Source: Gammaproteobacteria bacterium (lineage in GTDB: Bacteria > Pseudomonadota > Gammaproteobacteria > Steroidobacterales > Steroidobacteraceae). From it: a DNA stretch of 64,000 bases. Below are positions 10,456-19,674 of this stretch, in pieces. The position numbers and the translations under genes were made by a program. The DNA lies in contig JAHEAZ010000005.1 of the NCBI GenBank assembly GCA_024642505.1, positions 7,123 to 71,122 on the forward strand. Reading direction: 5' to 3'. The notes under the pieces are model-generated. The model was not told the DNA's origin, did not search any database, and saw only the letters and a list, made by a program, of their open reading frames with translations. Within the stretch, counting starts at the first letter, position 1; the number at the start of each line of letters is the position of its first letter.

Positions 10456-10806
10456 TCAGCCCACGCGGTTGAAGATCAGTACGGCGACGATCAGGCCGTA
10501 AATCGCAATGCCCTCAGCCAGTCCAACCAGGATGAGCATGCGACCGAACAGCTCGGGTTTCTCGGCCAGCGCGCCGACCGCGGCTGTGCCGACCTGCGCC
10601 ACGGCATAACCGGCGGCGAGCGCGGACAGCGCAGCCGCGCCGGCGGCGGAAGCGAAGGCCCAGCGAACCAGCTCCGGATCGGTTGCCACCACGGCCGGTT
10701 CGGCTGCGCCGGCCACCGGCGCCATCAGGCCGATGATCGTGGCGCCGCCGGCGAGGATGCCGACGAGGAGCGTCGCCGCGATCACCACAGCAGTCCAGAA
10801 TTTCAT
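10456..10806 (-). CDS. ntpK: V/A-type ATPase proteolipid subunit K (c-ring)
   Basis: 116 aa. A Gly/Ala-rich helical hairpin with the conserved carboxylate in VGLAEGIAIYGLIV, preceded by an extra N-terminal hydrophobic segment (MKFWTAVVIAATLLVGILAGG). Confidence 0.8.
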   Translation of the reverse strand: MKFWTAVVIAATLLVGILAGGATIIGLMAPVAGAAEPAVVATDPELVRWAFASAAGAAALSALAAGYAVAQVGTAAVGALAEKPELFGRMLILVGLAEGIAIYGLIVAVLIFNRVG

Positions 10807-10815
10807 GGTCGTCTC

Positions 10816-12639
10816 CTATGTGTGCCTGGATTCCCTGCCCTGCGGCGGCGGCAGCGGCTTGAAGGGCCGTCCCTCGCCGCGCAGGAATCGGATGAAGAAC
10901 TCGAACAGCACCAGCCGCGTCGTCTGGATGCTGACCACCAGACCCTCCAGGGCCAGGATCAGCAGATTGCCGAAGGCCAGCGCGACCCAGAAGCCGATGA
11001 CGCTGCCCGTCGCCTCGCCGACCCCGACTACGGCGGCTGACAGGCCGGCATGGGCGAGCGCGAAGGCGCCGACACGTGCGAATGACACGGTATTGACCAC
11101 CAGCTGCAGGCCGGTCTCGACCAGCTCGGCGAGCGCCTGCACCGCACCCGCCGGACTTCTCGCAACCACCGCGGCACCCGCCAGAAACCACGCCAGCCCG
11201 GCGAGCGCCACCAGACCGCCGCCCGCAACGAATGGCGCGCTGACCAGGCCAAGATAAAGCGCCACCAGACCGGCGCGGCTCAGCCACCAGCTGCGGCCGG
11301 CACCGCGCCAGGCGTGCTCCAGCCCGTCCATGACCAGGCCGAGCGTGATAACCACGACACCGATACAGACGCTCGCCGCGAGCACCGTCAGCGGTGATGC
11401 GAGCGGGTGCAGCCACAGCGCGGGCAGGATGTCCTCGCGTGCGAACAGGCTACCGAAGGCGAAGCCGAAACCGATCGCGGCAATGCCGCCGGGGATCAAC
11501 AGACGCAACCCCGGATAGCTGTGACGCAGCGCCAGTCCAGCGATCAGCAGCACGGCGCCCTGACCGATGTCACCGAACATGAAGCCGAACAACAGCGGCG
11601 CGATGACGGCGACCAGGATGCTCGGGTCCGCTTCCGCGGCGCCGGGGGTCCCCAGCAGCCGTACGAACAACTCGAATGGACGCGCCCAGCCGGGGTTCGC
11701 GAGCACGATAGGTGCGTCGAAAGTACGCGGAGGCTCGGGAAAGTGCAGCAGCCCCGGCAGGCCGGACCTTTCCAGTGCGGCATTTAGCGCGGCGCCGTCA
11801 AGGTCGCTGGTCCAGCCTGTCACCCAGGCGAAGTTCTGTGTCGCCGGCAGCTGCGGCACGTGGGATATCAGCCAGTCCAGGAAGGCGAATTCCGCGAGGA
11901 TTGCGGGCAGGGAGAACCTGTCGCCGAGGGCGTCGAGCTGTCTGCAGGTGTCCTGGATGGCGCGTCCGGTCTGCTCGATCCGCCCGGCCAGTAAGCGCGC
12001 GGCCTGTTCCCGATCGGACGGCAGGTCGCGAGGAAGTTCGATCGGGCGCGCCTTCGCGGCGACAAGATGCGCGTCGAGTTCCGCAAGGTCGCCGCCGGGT
12101 CCCAGAGCGAGGAGGTAGCGGCCGGTGTCGCCCTGCATGAAGACGTGCAATACGCTGGGCGGCACGGCGAGCGCGGTGTCGTCGGCGAGCGCGTAGAGCC
12201 TGGCCTCGAGGCTGGGTCCGCGGCCCGAAAGCAAGCCGAGATCCGGCAGTTCGTCGCCGCCCCGCTCGAGCAGGCTCGCCAGCTCGCGGACGCCGGCTTG
12301 CTCGCCGTCGAGCGCTTGTAGCGCCTCGATCAGCGGGTCTGCCTCGACGACCCAGGCTTCGAGCCGCTTCAGGTCTGCCTGGACGCTATCCACCGATCGT
12401 TCTGCCGCGGCCTCCGCGTCGACGCGAATCGAGGGCCAGTAAGCGCGATAGCGTCGCGCCAACTGACGATACGCCTCGAGTATTTGGGCGTAGTCCGGCA
12501 GCGCGGCCTTCGCATCGACGCTGCTGTAGGCCTCGAGCTGTACGGCGTTGGTATCAGCAAGGCAACTCAGCACCCGGCCGAGGCATTCGCGGTCGGTGAG
12601 CAACTCGAACCAGCGTGCTGCCGAGGGACGGAGTTTCAT
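10816..12639 (-). CDS. ntpI: V/A-type ATPase subunit I (a-subunit, stator/proton channel)
   Basis: Start trimmed to ATG 12639 (MKLRPSAARWFELLTDRE...), which forms an ATGA overlap with the ntpC stop. Soluble coiled-coil N-terminal half, then a polytopic C-terminal half containing the RLxxLxxxE-type helix (TRLVLFEFF). Confidence 0.8.
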   Translation of the reverse strand: MKLRPSAARWFELLTDRECLGRVLSCLADTNAVQLEAYSSVDAKAALPDYAQILEAYRQLARRYRAYWPSIRVDAEAAAERSVDSVQADLKRLEAWVVEADPLIEALQALDGEQAGVRELASLLERGGDELPDLGLLSGRGPSLEARLYALADDTALAVPPSVLHVFMQGDTGRYLLALGPGGDLAELDAHLVAAKARPIELPRDLPSDREQAARLLAGRIEQTGRAIQDTCRQLDALGDRFSLPAILAEFAFLDWLISHVPQLPATQNFAWVTGWTSDLDGAALNAALERSGLPGLLHFPEPPRTFDAPIVLANPGWARPFELFVRLLGTPGAAEADPSILVAVIAPLLFGFMFGDIGQGAVLLIAGLALRHSYPGLRLLIPGGIAAIGFGFAFGSLFAREDILPALWLHPLASPLTVLAASVCIGVVVITLGLVMDGLEHAWRGAGRSWWLSRAGLVALYLGLVSAPFVAGGGLVALAGLAWFLAGAAVVARSPAGAVQALAELVETGLQLVVNTVSFARVGAFALAHAGLSAAVVGVGEATGSVIGFWVALAFGNLLILALEGLVVSIQTTRLVLFEFFIRFLRGEGRPFKPLPPPQGRESRHT

Positions 12640-13412
12640 GGCGTTCTCGACGTCCCGAACCACCGCGCAACCACGAGCGCCGCGCGCAGCCGCGCGTGAT
12701 CGAGCGCCAGCAGCACGAGCATCGCCATGCCGGCGACCGGTGTTCCGCCCAGGCGGCGAAAACAGCGCGTCGCGGAGGCTTCTGCCTGATCGACCGACAC
12801 GTCGAAGGATGCTGCATCGTGCTCCGCCTGTCCCGGCAAGAACCGCGCGATGGCATCGTCGAGCCGGGCGAGGCCCGCAAGCTGTCGCGCGTCGCGGGTT
12901 GGCCACAGGCTGCGCCAGTGCCGGTGCCAGGCCTCGGCGAGATTGTCGCCTGCCGTCATGGCCTCGGCGAGCACCGCGAACGGACTCTCGCGTAGCTTGT
13001 CGCCGCGCATATCGGCTCCGGCCGTTGCCAGATCGGCCAGCATTGGATCGGACGTCATCCATTCCTGCGCCGGCCCGTCCCTCGACAGCCACTCCAGTGC
13101 CGCGACCCACGGCAGCCACGCCAGCCACCGCATCGCTGGCTGCCAGGATGGCGGATACCAGCCGGCAATTTCCGCGCAGATCCCGGCCCAGCGGTCGCGC
13201 AAGCGCGCGTCCAGCGTGTGCCCGTCGATGGTTGGGGAGATCGAGCCCACCGCTGCGCCGAGGGCGCCTGGCCGCACGATCTCGATCAGGTGGGTCAGCT
13301 CCCGGCCGGCCTCCAGTTCACGCCAGAAGGACTCGCTTGGGCGGACGCTGAAGCGCGCCTGCACCCGTGCCTGCGCATAGGCGATGCGGCTGGAGTTACG
13401 CACTACTCTCAC
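12636..13412 (-). CDS. ntpC: V/A-type ATPase subunit C (d-type), unusually short
   Basis: 258 aa. The N-terminal IAYAQARVQARFS and C-terminal LLALDHARLRAALVVAR resemble the conserved ends of subunit C/d (AC39 family). Start could be GTG 13412 or GTG 13403. Overlaps the preceding gene's stop. Confidence 0.6.
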   Translation of the reverse strand: MRVVRNSSRIAYAQARVQARFSVRPSESFWRELEAGRELTHLIEIVRPGALGAAVGSISPTIDGHTLDARLRDRWAGICAEIAGWYPPSWQPAMRWLAWLPWVAALEWLSRDGPAQEWMTSDPMLADLATAGADMRGDKLRESPFAVLAEAMTAGDNLAEAWHRHWRSLWPTRDARQLAGLARLDDAIARFLPGQAEHDAASFDVSVDQAEASATRCFRRLGGTPVAGMAMLVLLALDHARLRAALVVARWFGTSRTP

Positions 13413-13749
13413 CCGTCATGCGCGCCGCCAACCGACCGACCGCAGCTGCGAGCAGCTCCTCCTCATCCTCGTCCGTCCGTTCGCCCTGGTCGGCCTCGAC
13501 CAGCTGTCGCGCACGGGCGGCCGCCAGGTGCTCGGTACGGGCATGAATCTCGTGCACCAGCCGTTCCGCACGGTCCAGGATCGAGCGCGCTTCCCGCCGG
13601 CCCGCCTCCAGCATCCCGTCTGCCTCCTGACGGCAGGTCTCGAGATCGGCAAGGGCCGCCCGTTCGGCGGCCAGGACCCGGTTCATGGCCTCGGCGACGC
13701 CCCCTGGGGCGTTAGCGCTCCTTTCCTGCCTATCGTCGCGATCGAGCAT
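13396..13749 (-). CDS. small coiled-coil peripheral-stalk-like subunit (V/A-ATPase G/H-type), first gene of the operon
   Basis: 117 aa, almost entirely charged helix (AERAALADLETCRQEADGMLEAGRREARSILDRAERLVHEIH). Assigned from position and composition only. Confidence 0.5.
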   Translation of the reverse strand: MLDRDDRQERSANAPGGVAEAMNRVLAAERAALADLETCRQEADGMLEAGRREARSILDRAERLVHEIHARTEHLAAARARQLVEADQGERTDEDEEELLAAAVGRLAARMTGESSA

Positions 13750-13803
13750 GGCTTCCTGCCCTCACCGGGCCAAAGAAACCCCCATCATGGCCTATGGTCT
13801 GCG

Positions 13804-13819
13804 TACAAAAATCTTTGTA
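13804..13819. promoter_or_regulatory. palindrome in the AT-rich V-ATPase / methyltransferase divergent promoter region
   Basis: TACAAA-AATC-TTTGTA, 55-70 nt upstream of the first ATPase gene. A second dyad, AATACG-CCG-CGTATT, lies ~25 nt further on. Confidence 0.3.
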
Positions 13820-14087
13820 AAACCGGGTATTTACCTACGAATACGCCGCGTATTGATGGGGTGCGCATCGCCCCCGGGCAAGTCGCAGGACGGCCAAAGG
13901 CTCAAGCGTGTGGCCCTAGACAGCTTCCGGGGAAGGGGGACTGATCACTTGAGGGGGAGGCGCCATGAGGCCGGCCTGAGCGGCCGTCATGGCGGAATCC
14001 TTGACCCGCCCAGTGTGCCGGCGACCGGGTCGTGTCAGCTGCGCCACGACGTGGGATCATGGAAGGCGCTGACGAGGAACACCCTGA

Positions 14088-14702
14088 GTGCGATTCGACG
14101 CCGAGTTCTACCGCCGCTATTACCGGGATCCGGCGACACGGATCTCTACGCCGGCGGAGCAGCTGCGCCTGGCAGATTTCGTCTGTGCCTATACGGCCTA
14201 CCTCGGGTTCACGGTAACCCGGGTGCTCGATGCCGGATGCGGACTGGGCCACATGCGCAAGTCAGTAGTGCGCTTTTTCCCCCGGGCCGCCTACGTGGGC
14301 CTCGAGACCAGCGATTACCTCGCGCGGAAGCACGACTGGGTACACCAGGGCCTGGAGGAATACCGTCCGCAGGCTCCGTTCGACCTGGTCATCTGCCACG
14401 ATGTCCTGCAATACCTCGACGACCGGACGGCGGCGCGGGCGCTGGCCAATCTCGGCCGGATCAGCCGGGGGGCCCTCTACCTGAGCGCGCTCACTCTGGA
14501 GGACTGGCGTTCGACCGCAGACCGGTCGAGAAGCGATGGTGGAGTGCACCTGCGGCCGGCGAGCTGGTACCGTCAGCGCCTCGCACGCAATTTCCGTCAT
14601 GCCGGGGCCGGCGTACTGGTCAGGCGCGGTTTCACCCCGGTGCTATGGGAACTCGAACGTTGCTGGCCGACCGCTGGAGGACAGCGCCGGCAGCGCAGCT
14701 GA
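14088..14702 (+). CDS. class I SAM-dependent methyltransferase
   Basis: 204 aa. Motif I VLDAGCGLGH, followed by the acidic-loop pattern LVICHDVLQYL. Confidence 0.75.
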   Translation: MRFDAEFYRRYYRDPATRISTPAEQLRLADFVCAYTAYLGFTVTRVLDAGCGLGHMRKSVVRFFPRAAYVGLETSDYLARKHDWVHQGLEEYRPQAPFDLVICHDVLQYLDDRTAARALANLGRISRGALYLSALTLEDWRSTADRSRSDGGVHLRPASWYRQRLARNFRHAGAGVLVRRGFTPVLWELERCWPTAGGQRRQRS

Positions 14703-14831
14703 TGGGTCGCCGCGCCCTCATGGCGGGCGCCGGGCAGGCAGGTGCACAAGAGTTCTTCCATCCCCGGGTCACCTTGATCGAGCCAGGCCGCGCTGGCCCC
14801 GATCGGCAGGTCATGCTGCGCGATTACAGTA

Positions 14832-14862
14832 GTTGCTTCGTAAACATATGATTTTGATAGAA
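14832..14862 (+). promoter_or_regulatory. candidate sigma70 promoter (TTGCTT, 19 nt spacer, extended -10 TGATAGAAT)
   Basis: TTGCTT at 14832-14837 and TG-a-TAGAAT at 14854-14862, inside the only AT-rich patch upstream of the lipoprotein gene. The spacer is 2 nt longer than optimal. Confidence 0.3.
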
Positions 14863-15099
14863 TCGCCAGGAAGGTTTTGCTGCGAATTCGGTATTCGAGG
14901 ACTGCAGCATTCGCGCCAGTGGCGGTCGACGCAGGTCTTGTTGCACCCGTTGGATCGGACAGACGCAGCATCGGCAGCGACCGCCCCTTGACGTAAGCGA
15001 CCGGCGCTGGCACAACCTGACAGGTTTTTTCGCGACGGCGGAGGCCATCGTGCCTCCACCGTCTGCTTGAAGGTGGATTCACAGGGGAGCGACTCCGAC

Positions 15100-15642
15100 A
15101 TGAAATTTTCCAACGGACTCCACGGCGGACTGCTGGTCGCGGCGTCGGTGGCAGTGGTGCTGGCGGGCTGTGGTGGTAGCAAGAATGACGAATTGCCGCT
15201 GATCCGGGCGCAGATCTCGGTCAAGACCGTCTCGCAGGGTGGAGTTTGCGAGGTCGTGCCGGTGCGCGTCACGCCCAAGGCCCTGAGCGGGGCGGCGAAC
15301 AAGTATGCCAACGACAAGATGATCGTCACCGACGTCCAGACCACGGGTCCGGTGGACGAGAACGGCGCGCCGATGTGTGGTGGCACTGCGGAGACCCTGC
15401 CGCTTGCCCCGGGCGAGTGGGAATTCAGCGCCCCGCTGCGTTCGGACACCTACAAGTGCGTCCGGGACATCCGGTCCGACGGCGACCTGAATATCACCTT
15501 CGTGGACGGCTATGAGGGCTGTGGCGGGCCGGAATCCGCTGCCGAGCCTTCGGATCCATCCGTCGGCGAGCCCGGAGCTGACGAGATGCCGGCGGACGGC
15601 CAGGCGCCGGCTGCCGAGGGCGAAAAGCCTGCCGCCGAGTAG
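15100..15642 (+). CDS. lipoprotein of unknown function with an acidic Pro/Ala/Glu-rich tail
   Basis: Start moved to ATG 15100, preceded by AGGGGAG. Lipobox VLAGC. Four further Cys residues. C-terminal low-complexity tail PSDPSVGEPGADEMPADGQAPAAEGEKPAAE. Confidence 0.65.
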   Translation: MKFSNGLHGGLLVAASVAVVLAGCGGSKNDELPLIRAQISVKTVSQGGVCEVVPVRVTPKALSGAANKYANDKMIVTDVQTTGPVDENGAPMCGGTAETLPLAPGEWEFSAPLRSDTYKCVRDIRSDGDLNITFVDGYEGCGGPESAAEPSDPSVGEPGADEMPADGQAPAAEGEKPAAE

Positions 15643-15707
15643 GCCAGCGCGATATGTAGGTTTCGAGTCGGGGCCGGCACGGGCGACTGTGCCGGCTCCC
15701 GTTCATT

Positions 15708-16625
15708 ATGGCTGAGAAGTTTCCGTGGTGGCTGCCACGAGCGTTTGGGGTGATTGGCCGGATAGCGCCAGATTTCGCGGCGCGCGCAGCGGCCGAGTTG
15801 CTGACGCGGCCCGGGGGCCGGAATCCGCCCCAGCCGTGGGAGCTGGAATCTTCGACGATCGCGCCGCGGCGCTTGCACATGAAGGGACGGCTCGAGGCGC
15901 TGGCATGGGGCGATGCCGGGCCTGTCGTGCTGGCACAGCATGGCTGGCGCGGCCGGCCGACACAATTCGGGCCCATTGCGGTGGCACTGGTGGCGCGCGG
16001 GTGCCAGGTGATTGCCCTCGATGCGCCGGGTCACGGCGTCTCGCCAGGCAAGCGGGCGACCCCGCGGCTGCTAGCTGATTCGCTGCTCACTGTGGCCGCG
16101 GACCTGCCCGGAATTCGCGCCGTCATCGGGCACTCGCTCGGTGGAGCCGCGGCGGCCATCGCACTTGAGCTCGGCCTGCAGGCGCACCGGCTAGTGCTGC
16201 TCGGCAGCCCCTCCAGGCCCAGCAGGTTCATCGCCGGACATGCCAATCGGATCGGGCTGCCACCGAAGGCGCGCCGCGCGCTGGACGACTGGTTCGACGC
16301 GCACGCCGGGCGGGCAGCCGAGATGCTCGATCCAGTCTCGTTGCGGTTCGGGACTGGGGTCAGGGCGCTGGTAGTCCACGATCGCGATGACGATGTGATC
16401 CCCATCCAGGAAGCAGAACTGCTCGAGCCGGCGTGGCCGCTCGCGAGGTTTCTGTACACGTCGGGGCTTGGGCACCGGGACTTACTGGCCAATCCTGGCG
16501 TCGTCGAATCCGTCGCGGATTTCGTGGTGGACGCAAACGTGACCGATCCTGATTCTTGGCGCCTTCAGCCAGGCGGTGCCGCCGAGACCGGATCGACCGG
16601 CACCGTGCCGAGTACCGCGCGGTAG
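15708..16625 (+). CDS. alpha/beta-fold hydrolase
   Basis: 305 aa. HG oxyanion motif (LAQHGWRG), nucleophile elbow GHSLGG, and a C-terminal GLGHRD containing the catalytic His candidate. Confidence 0.8.
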   Translation: MAEKFPWWLPRAFGVIGRIAPDFAARAAAELLTRPGGRNPPQPWELESSTIAPRRLHMKGRLEALAWGDAGPVVLAQHGWRGRPTQFGPIAVALVARGCQVIALDAPGHGVSPGKRATPRLLADSLLTVAADLPGIRAVIGHSLGGAAAAIALELGLQAHRLVLLGSPSRPSRFIAGHANRIGLPPKARRALDDWFDAHAGRAAEMLDPVSLRFGTGVRALVVHDRDDDVIPIQEAELLEPAWPLARFLYTSGLGHRDLLANPGVVESVADFVVDANVTDPDSWRLQPGGAAETGSTGTVPSTAR

Positions 16626-17032
16626 CGATCCTCGCAATCCGCGCAGCGTCCGCGCGAGCTACACCATCGAAGTGAGGCGCCGTTGACGCGCCCCCAGAAC
16701 AGACCGCGAGGATCCGCATCAACTTCCGCAAGCAGGCGCACGAGTGTTCGCGACCTGTCCATCGGATACGGCCGCCAGCGGCACGGCTCCGCAGCATTGC
16801 AGTACAGCCTCCAGCTACCGTCTCGCTGACGGTAGAGAAAGCGAGCCACGGCCACCCGGCGGACCATGCTGGCGATGCCGAATACGGGCCTGAGCTCGTA
16901 CACGAAGGCGGAGTCGCCGTCGATGGTGAACCCCAGCCGGAGCTGCCGCTCGAATTGCGGTGAGCACAGCCGCTCGCAGTAGCGGCCAAGTAGCCGCTCG
17001 ACCAGGTGGTAGGTATGTAGTGGAAGGCCCAT
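16565..17032 (-). CDS. DUF3024-like protein
   Basis: 155 aa. The pattern ARFLYRQRDGSWRLYC...WRPY...LLAEVDADPRGLFWG resembles DUF3024 as I remember it. Its 3' end overlaps the convergent hydrolase gene by 61 nt. Confidence 0.45.
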   Translation of the reverse strand: MGLPLHTYHLVERLLGRYCERLCSPQFERQLRLGFTIDGDSAFVYELRPVFGIASMVRRVAVARFLYRQRDGSWRLYCNAAEPCRWRPYPMDRSRTLVRLLAEVDADPRGLFWGRVNGASLRWCSSRGRCADCEDRYRAVLGTVPVDPVSAAPPG

Positions 17033-17132
17033 AGGCGAAATCTAGCCCAAGAGCGTGCTTGCGGGCAGCGCGGATGAACAAAAGCGCGATCGCTGGGCAG
17101 CATGGGGCATCCATACCGGGGGAGAGAGACCG

Positions 17133-17708
17133 ATGCGGGCGTTTTCCTGCTGGATCGCGGCGGCACTGATGCTGGTTACGACAGGGGCGGGAGCGGCGGA
17201 GCCGGCTGGCTGGGTGTCCGACAGCCGCGAGGCGGCAGGGCGGCTGGGTAATCAGCTCATCGGCGAGCTGACCCGGGCCCTGGAGACATCGCCGGTCGAA
17301 GCAATCCGGGTCTGCCGGGAACGCGCGCCGGTCATCGCGGCGGAACAGGGCGAACGAGCCGGCGCGCGCGTCGGGCGGACCGCGTTGCGAACGCGCAGTT
17401 CGGCCAACCAGCCACTCGACTGGCAAAGACGTGTACTCGAGTCGTTCGCCAGCCGCCTGGAGGCCGGAGCCAGCCCGGCTTCACTCGAATACACCGAAAC
17501 GGCCGGATCGGGCGAGGCGGCGGAGCGACGATGGATGAAGCCCATCATGACCGTACCACTGTGCCTGCAGTGCCACGGCCACGAGCTTGCACCCGGTGTA
17601 GCGGAGGTGCTGGCCGCGGAGTACCCCAAGGACCGAGCAACCGGATTCCGGGTCGGGGAACTGCGCGGGGCGTTCTATGTGGTCTGGCGCGGATCGGCAC
17701 GGCAGTGA
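17133..17708 (+). CDS. periplasmic DUF3365 (Tll0287-like) domain protein with one c-type haem motif
   Basis: Start moved to ATG 17133, preceded by GGAGAG. Signal peptide MRAFSCWIAAALMLVTTGAGAAE, a single CLQCH, and a C-terminal GELRGAFYVVW. Confidence 0.6.
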   Translation: MRAFSCWIAAALMLVTTGAGAAEPAGWVSDSREAAGRLGNQLIGELTRALETSPVEAIRVCRERAPVIAAEQGERAGARVGRTALRTRSSANQPLDWQRRVLESFASRLEAGASPASLEYTETAGSGEAAERRWMKPIMTVPLCLQCHGHELAPGVAEVLAAEYPKDRATGFRVGELRGAFYVVWRGSARQ

Positions 17709-17842
17709 TGCTGCGGCAGGCAGTCCCGGCGGCGCGATCCCGGCGCTCGGGCAGTCCTATCACTGTCGGCGCGGCCCGTGGAAACCCGGCGGTCGTGGTC
17801 CCTGATGGCATACTCTGCGCCCCGACCGAGGCACGGTGACCG

Positions 17843-18790
17843 GTGGCAGAGACGAGGAAACTGACGCGGTTGCTGCCGGCGCTGGTGTCGCTGGCCATCA
17901 TTGTCGCGGCGGCCGCCGTATTGTTGCGCGCGTTTCGTGGCATTGGCCCGGCAGATATCGCTGCCCGGTTCGCTGCGATTCCCACCAGCGACATCGGCCT
18001 TGCGATCATGTTCACCGCACTGGCGCTGCTGTCGCTGGCAATTTACGAAGTTGTGATGCTGCGCTACATCAATTCGGGGCTGCCAGATCGGCGAGCGTTC
18101 CTGACTGCGCTGGCCGCCTATCCCATCGGACATGCGGTGGGTTTCGGCGCACTCTCCGGCGGCGCCGTGCGTTATCGTTTCTATGCGGCAGCGGGGCTGT
18201 CGACCTTTGACGTCGGCAAGGTTGTCCTGCTCTCGGCGATGCCATATGCCATGGGCCTTGGCCTGTTGTGTGGAATTTCACTGGTCGCCGATTCGGCGGA
18301 AGCTGCGCAGCTGTTGCGGATCGAGCCGGTAGCCGGAATGCTGCTCGGTGGCGCACTGATCGTGGCGCATCTTGCCTATGTCGTGGCCGTCGGCGCGCGG
18401 CGCGGCCCCATCCGCCTGCGCTGGTTCGACCTGGAACTGCCGACGCCCCGAATGACCGCCGTTCAATACGGTCTGGGAATCGTGGACGCGACGGCGGCGA
18501 TCGCGGTGCTGTACGTCCTGCTGCCCGATAGCGCCTCGATCGGGTTCCTGCCTTTCGCTGCCGTTTACGTGCTGGCGGTTTTCGCCGGGCTGCTTTCCAG
18601 CGTGCCGGCCGGTCTTGGCGTCTTCGAGTCGATGTTGCTCCTGATGCTGCGCGACGTTCCGCCGGACGCACTGCTCGGCGCAGTGCTTGCCTACCGGCTC
18701 GTGTTCGAACTGATTCCGCTCGCATTGGGCGTGGCGACGTTTGCCGGCTGGGAGATGTGGTCGCGACGGCATCTACTGCGCCGCGTCTAG
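17843..18790 (+). CDS. polytopic membrane protein, UPF0104 / lysyl-phosphatidylglycerol-synthase TM-region-like (flippase-like)
   Basis: 315 aa with ~8 hydrophobic segments. The N-terminus (RLLPALVSLAIIVAAAAVLLRAF..) resembles the MprF N-terminal domain family. Confidence 0.5.
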   Translation: MAETRKLTRLLPALVSLAIIVAAAAVLLRAFRGIGPADIAARFAAIPTSDIGLAIMFTALALLSLAIYEVVMLRYINSGLPDRRAFLTALAAYPIGHAVGFGALSGGAVRYRFYAAAGLSTFDVGKVVLLSAMPYAMGLGLLCGISLVADSAEAAQLLRIEPVAGMLLGGALIVAHLAYVVAVGARRGPIRLRWFDLELPTPRMTAVQYGLGIVDATAAIAVLYVLLPDSASIGFLPFAAVYVLAVFAGLLSSVPAGLGVFESMLLLMLRDVPPDALLGAVLAYRLVFELIPLALGVATFAGWEMWSRRHLLRRV

Positions 18791-18836
18791 GGCGCCACAA
18801 CACTCGCTGCGCTGCGAGCGTCGGTGTCTCCGGATC

Positions 18837-19508
18837 CTAACCAGGTCCGGGCGGCGCGACCGGTGCGACCAGGATGCTGATTCGCCCGAAGGGCGAGGGC
18901 CTGACCAGCCCGTTCCCACGGCTCTCCAGCCAGCTCATCGTGGGAGCCGTCAGGACGTCGCCCTCGCGGCGCTCGGCTGGCGCAGCGCCCAGTAACGCCG
19001 CGGGCGTGAACACGATCAGGTAGCGCTCGGGGCTGATGTTCGGATCGAACGGTGCCGTCACCGCAAGCCCGGTCTCGCCCCCGGGGGTTGCCAGTGCCTG
19101 CTCAAGGCGCAGATTTTCGAGGTTGGAGACCCGTGTCACGATGAAGGATTCGTCCATCATCGCCAGCACGGGGTAGAAAACGCTGCCGTCCGGCGATTCG
19201 GGGCCGTCGAAGAAACTCTTGACGCGAATCCGGAAGGGCGCACTGCTGTCCGGCAAGCGGAATGCGGCAAAGCGGCTGAGGCCGCTCTGGAATTCAAAGG
19301 CCGGGCTCGACTGGCCTATGACGAGGTCTACAGTTCCCGATTCGGGCAACGCAGCGTAGACAAATCCCGAGGGATCGTCGCAGCAAGCGGCGCTGCTCGC
19401 GTAGCTGGACAGGCGCGCGTCGAGATCCACCGGATAGGGTGGGGGCGCGGTGGCGCAACCCGCAAGACCGCTGGCCAGTAGCAGGAGTGGCTTTGTCGGT
19501 TTCCACAT
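18837..19508 (-). CDS. MalM-like periplasmic lipoprotein
   Basis: Start trimmed to ATG 19508. Lipobox LAGC. SSAACCDDPSGFVYAALP...FEFQSGLSRFAAFRLP resembles the MalM family signature. Confidence 0.5.
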   Translation of the reverse strand: MWKPTKPLLLLASGLAGCATAPPPYPVDLDARLSSYASSAACCDDPSGFVYAALPESGTVDLVIGQSSPAFEFQSGLSRFAAFRLPDSSAPFRIRVKSFFDGPESPDGSVFYPVLAMMDESFIVTRVSNLENLRLEQALATPGGETGLAVTAPFDPNISPERYLIVFTPAALLGAAPAERREGDVLTAPTMSWLESRGNGLVRPSPFGRISILVAPVAPPGPG

Positions 19509-19674
19509 GTCGTTTCGCGCGCCGGCCCTGGGAGGTGCCTTGAAGACACGCGAGGCTATCATGTCCTTGCCTGTATTTTCAGGCGCCGCTCCGGCCCAAG
19601 GCGCGGATGACGCTGCGAGCCGGCGGTCATCAGCTTAGAATCGTCGCGTTTCGAGGCCGCCGCTGCCAGATGCA

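Noticed and set aside
16565-16625. Convergent 3' overlaps (hydrolase/DUF3024 61 nt; EEP/DUF502 38 nt) as signs of frameshifted or fused pseudogenes.
   Set aside because: Both partners keep intact family motifs, and only poorly conserved C-terminal tails overlap. Such overlaps are common in GC-rich genomes where stop codons are rare.
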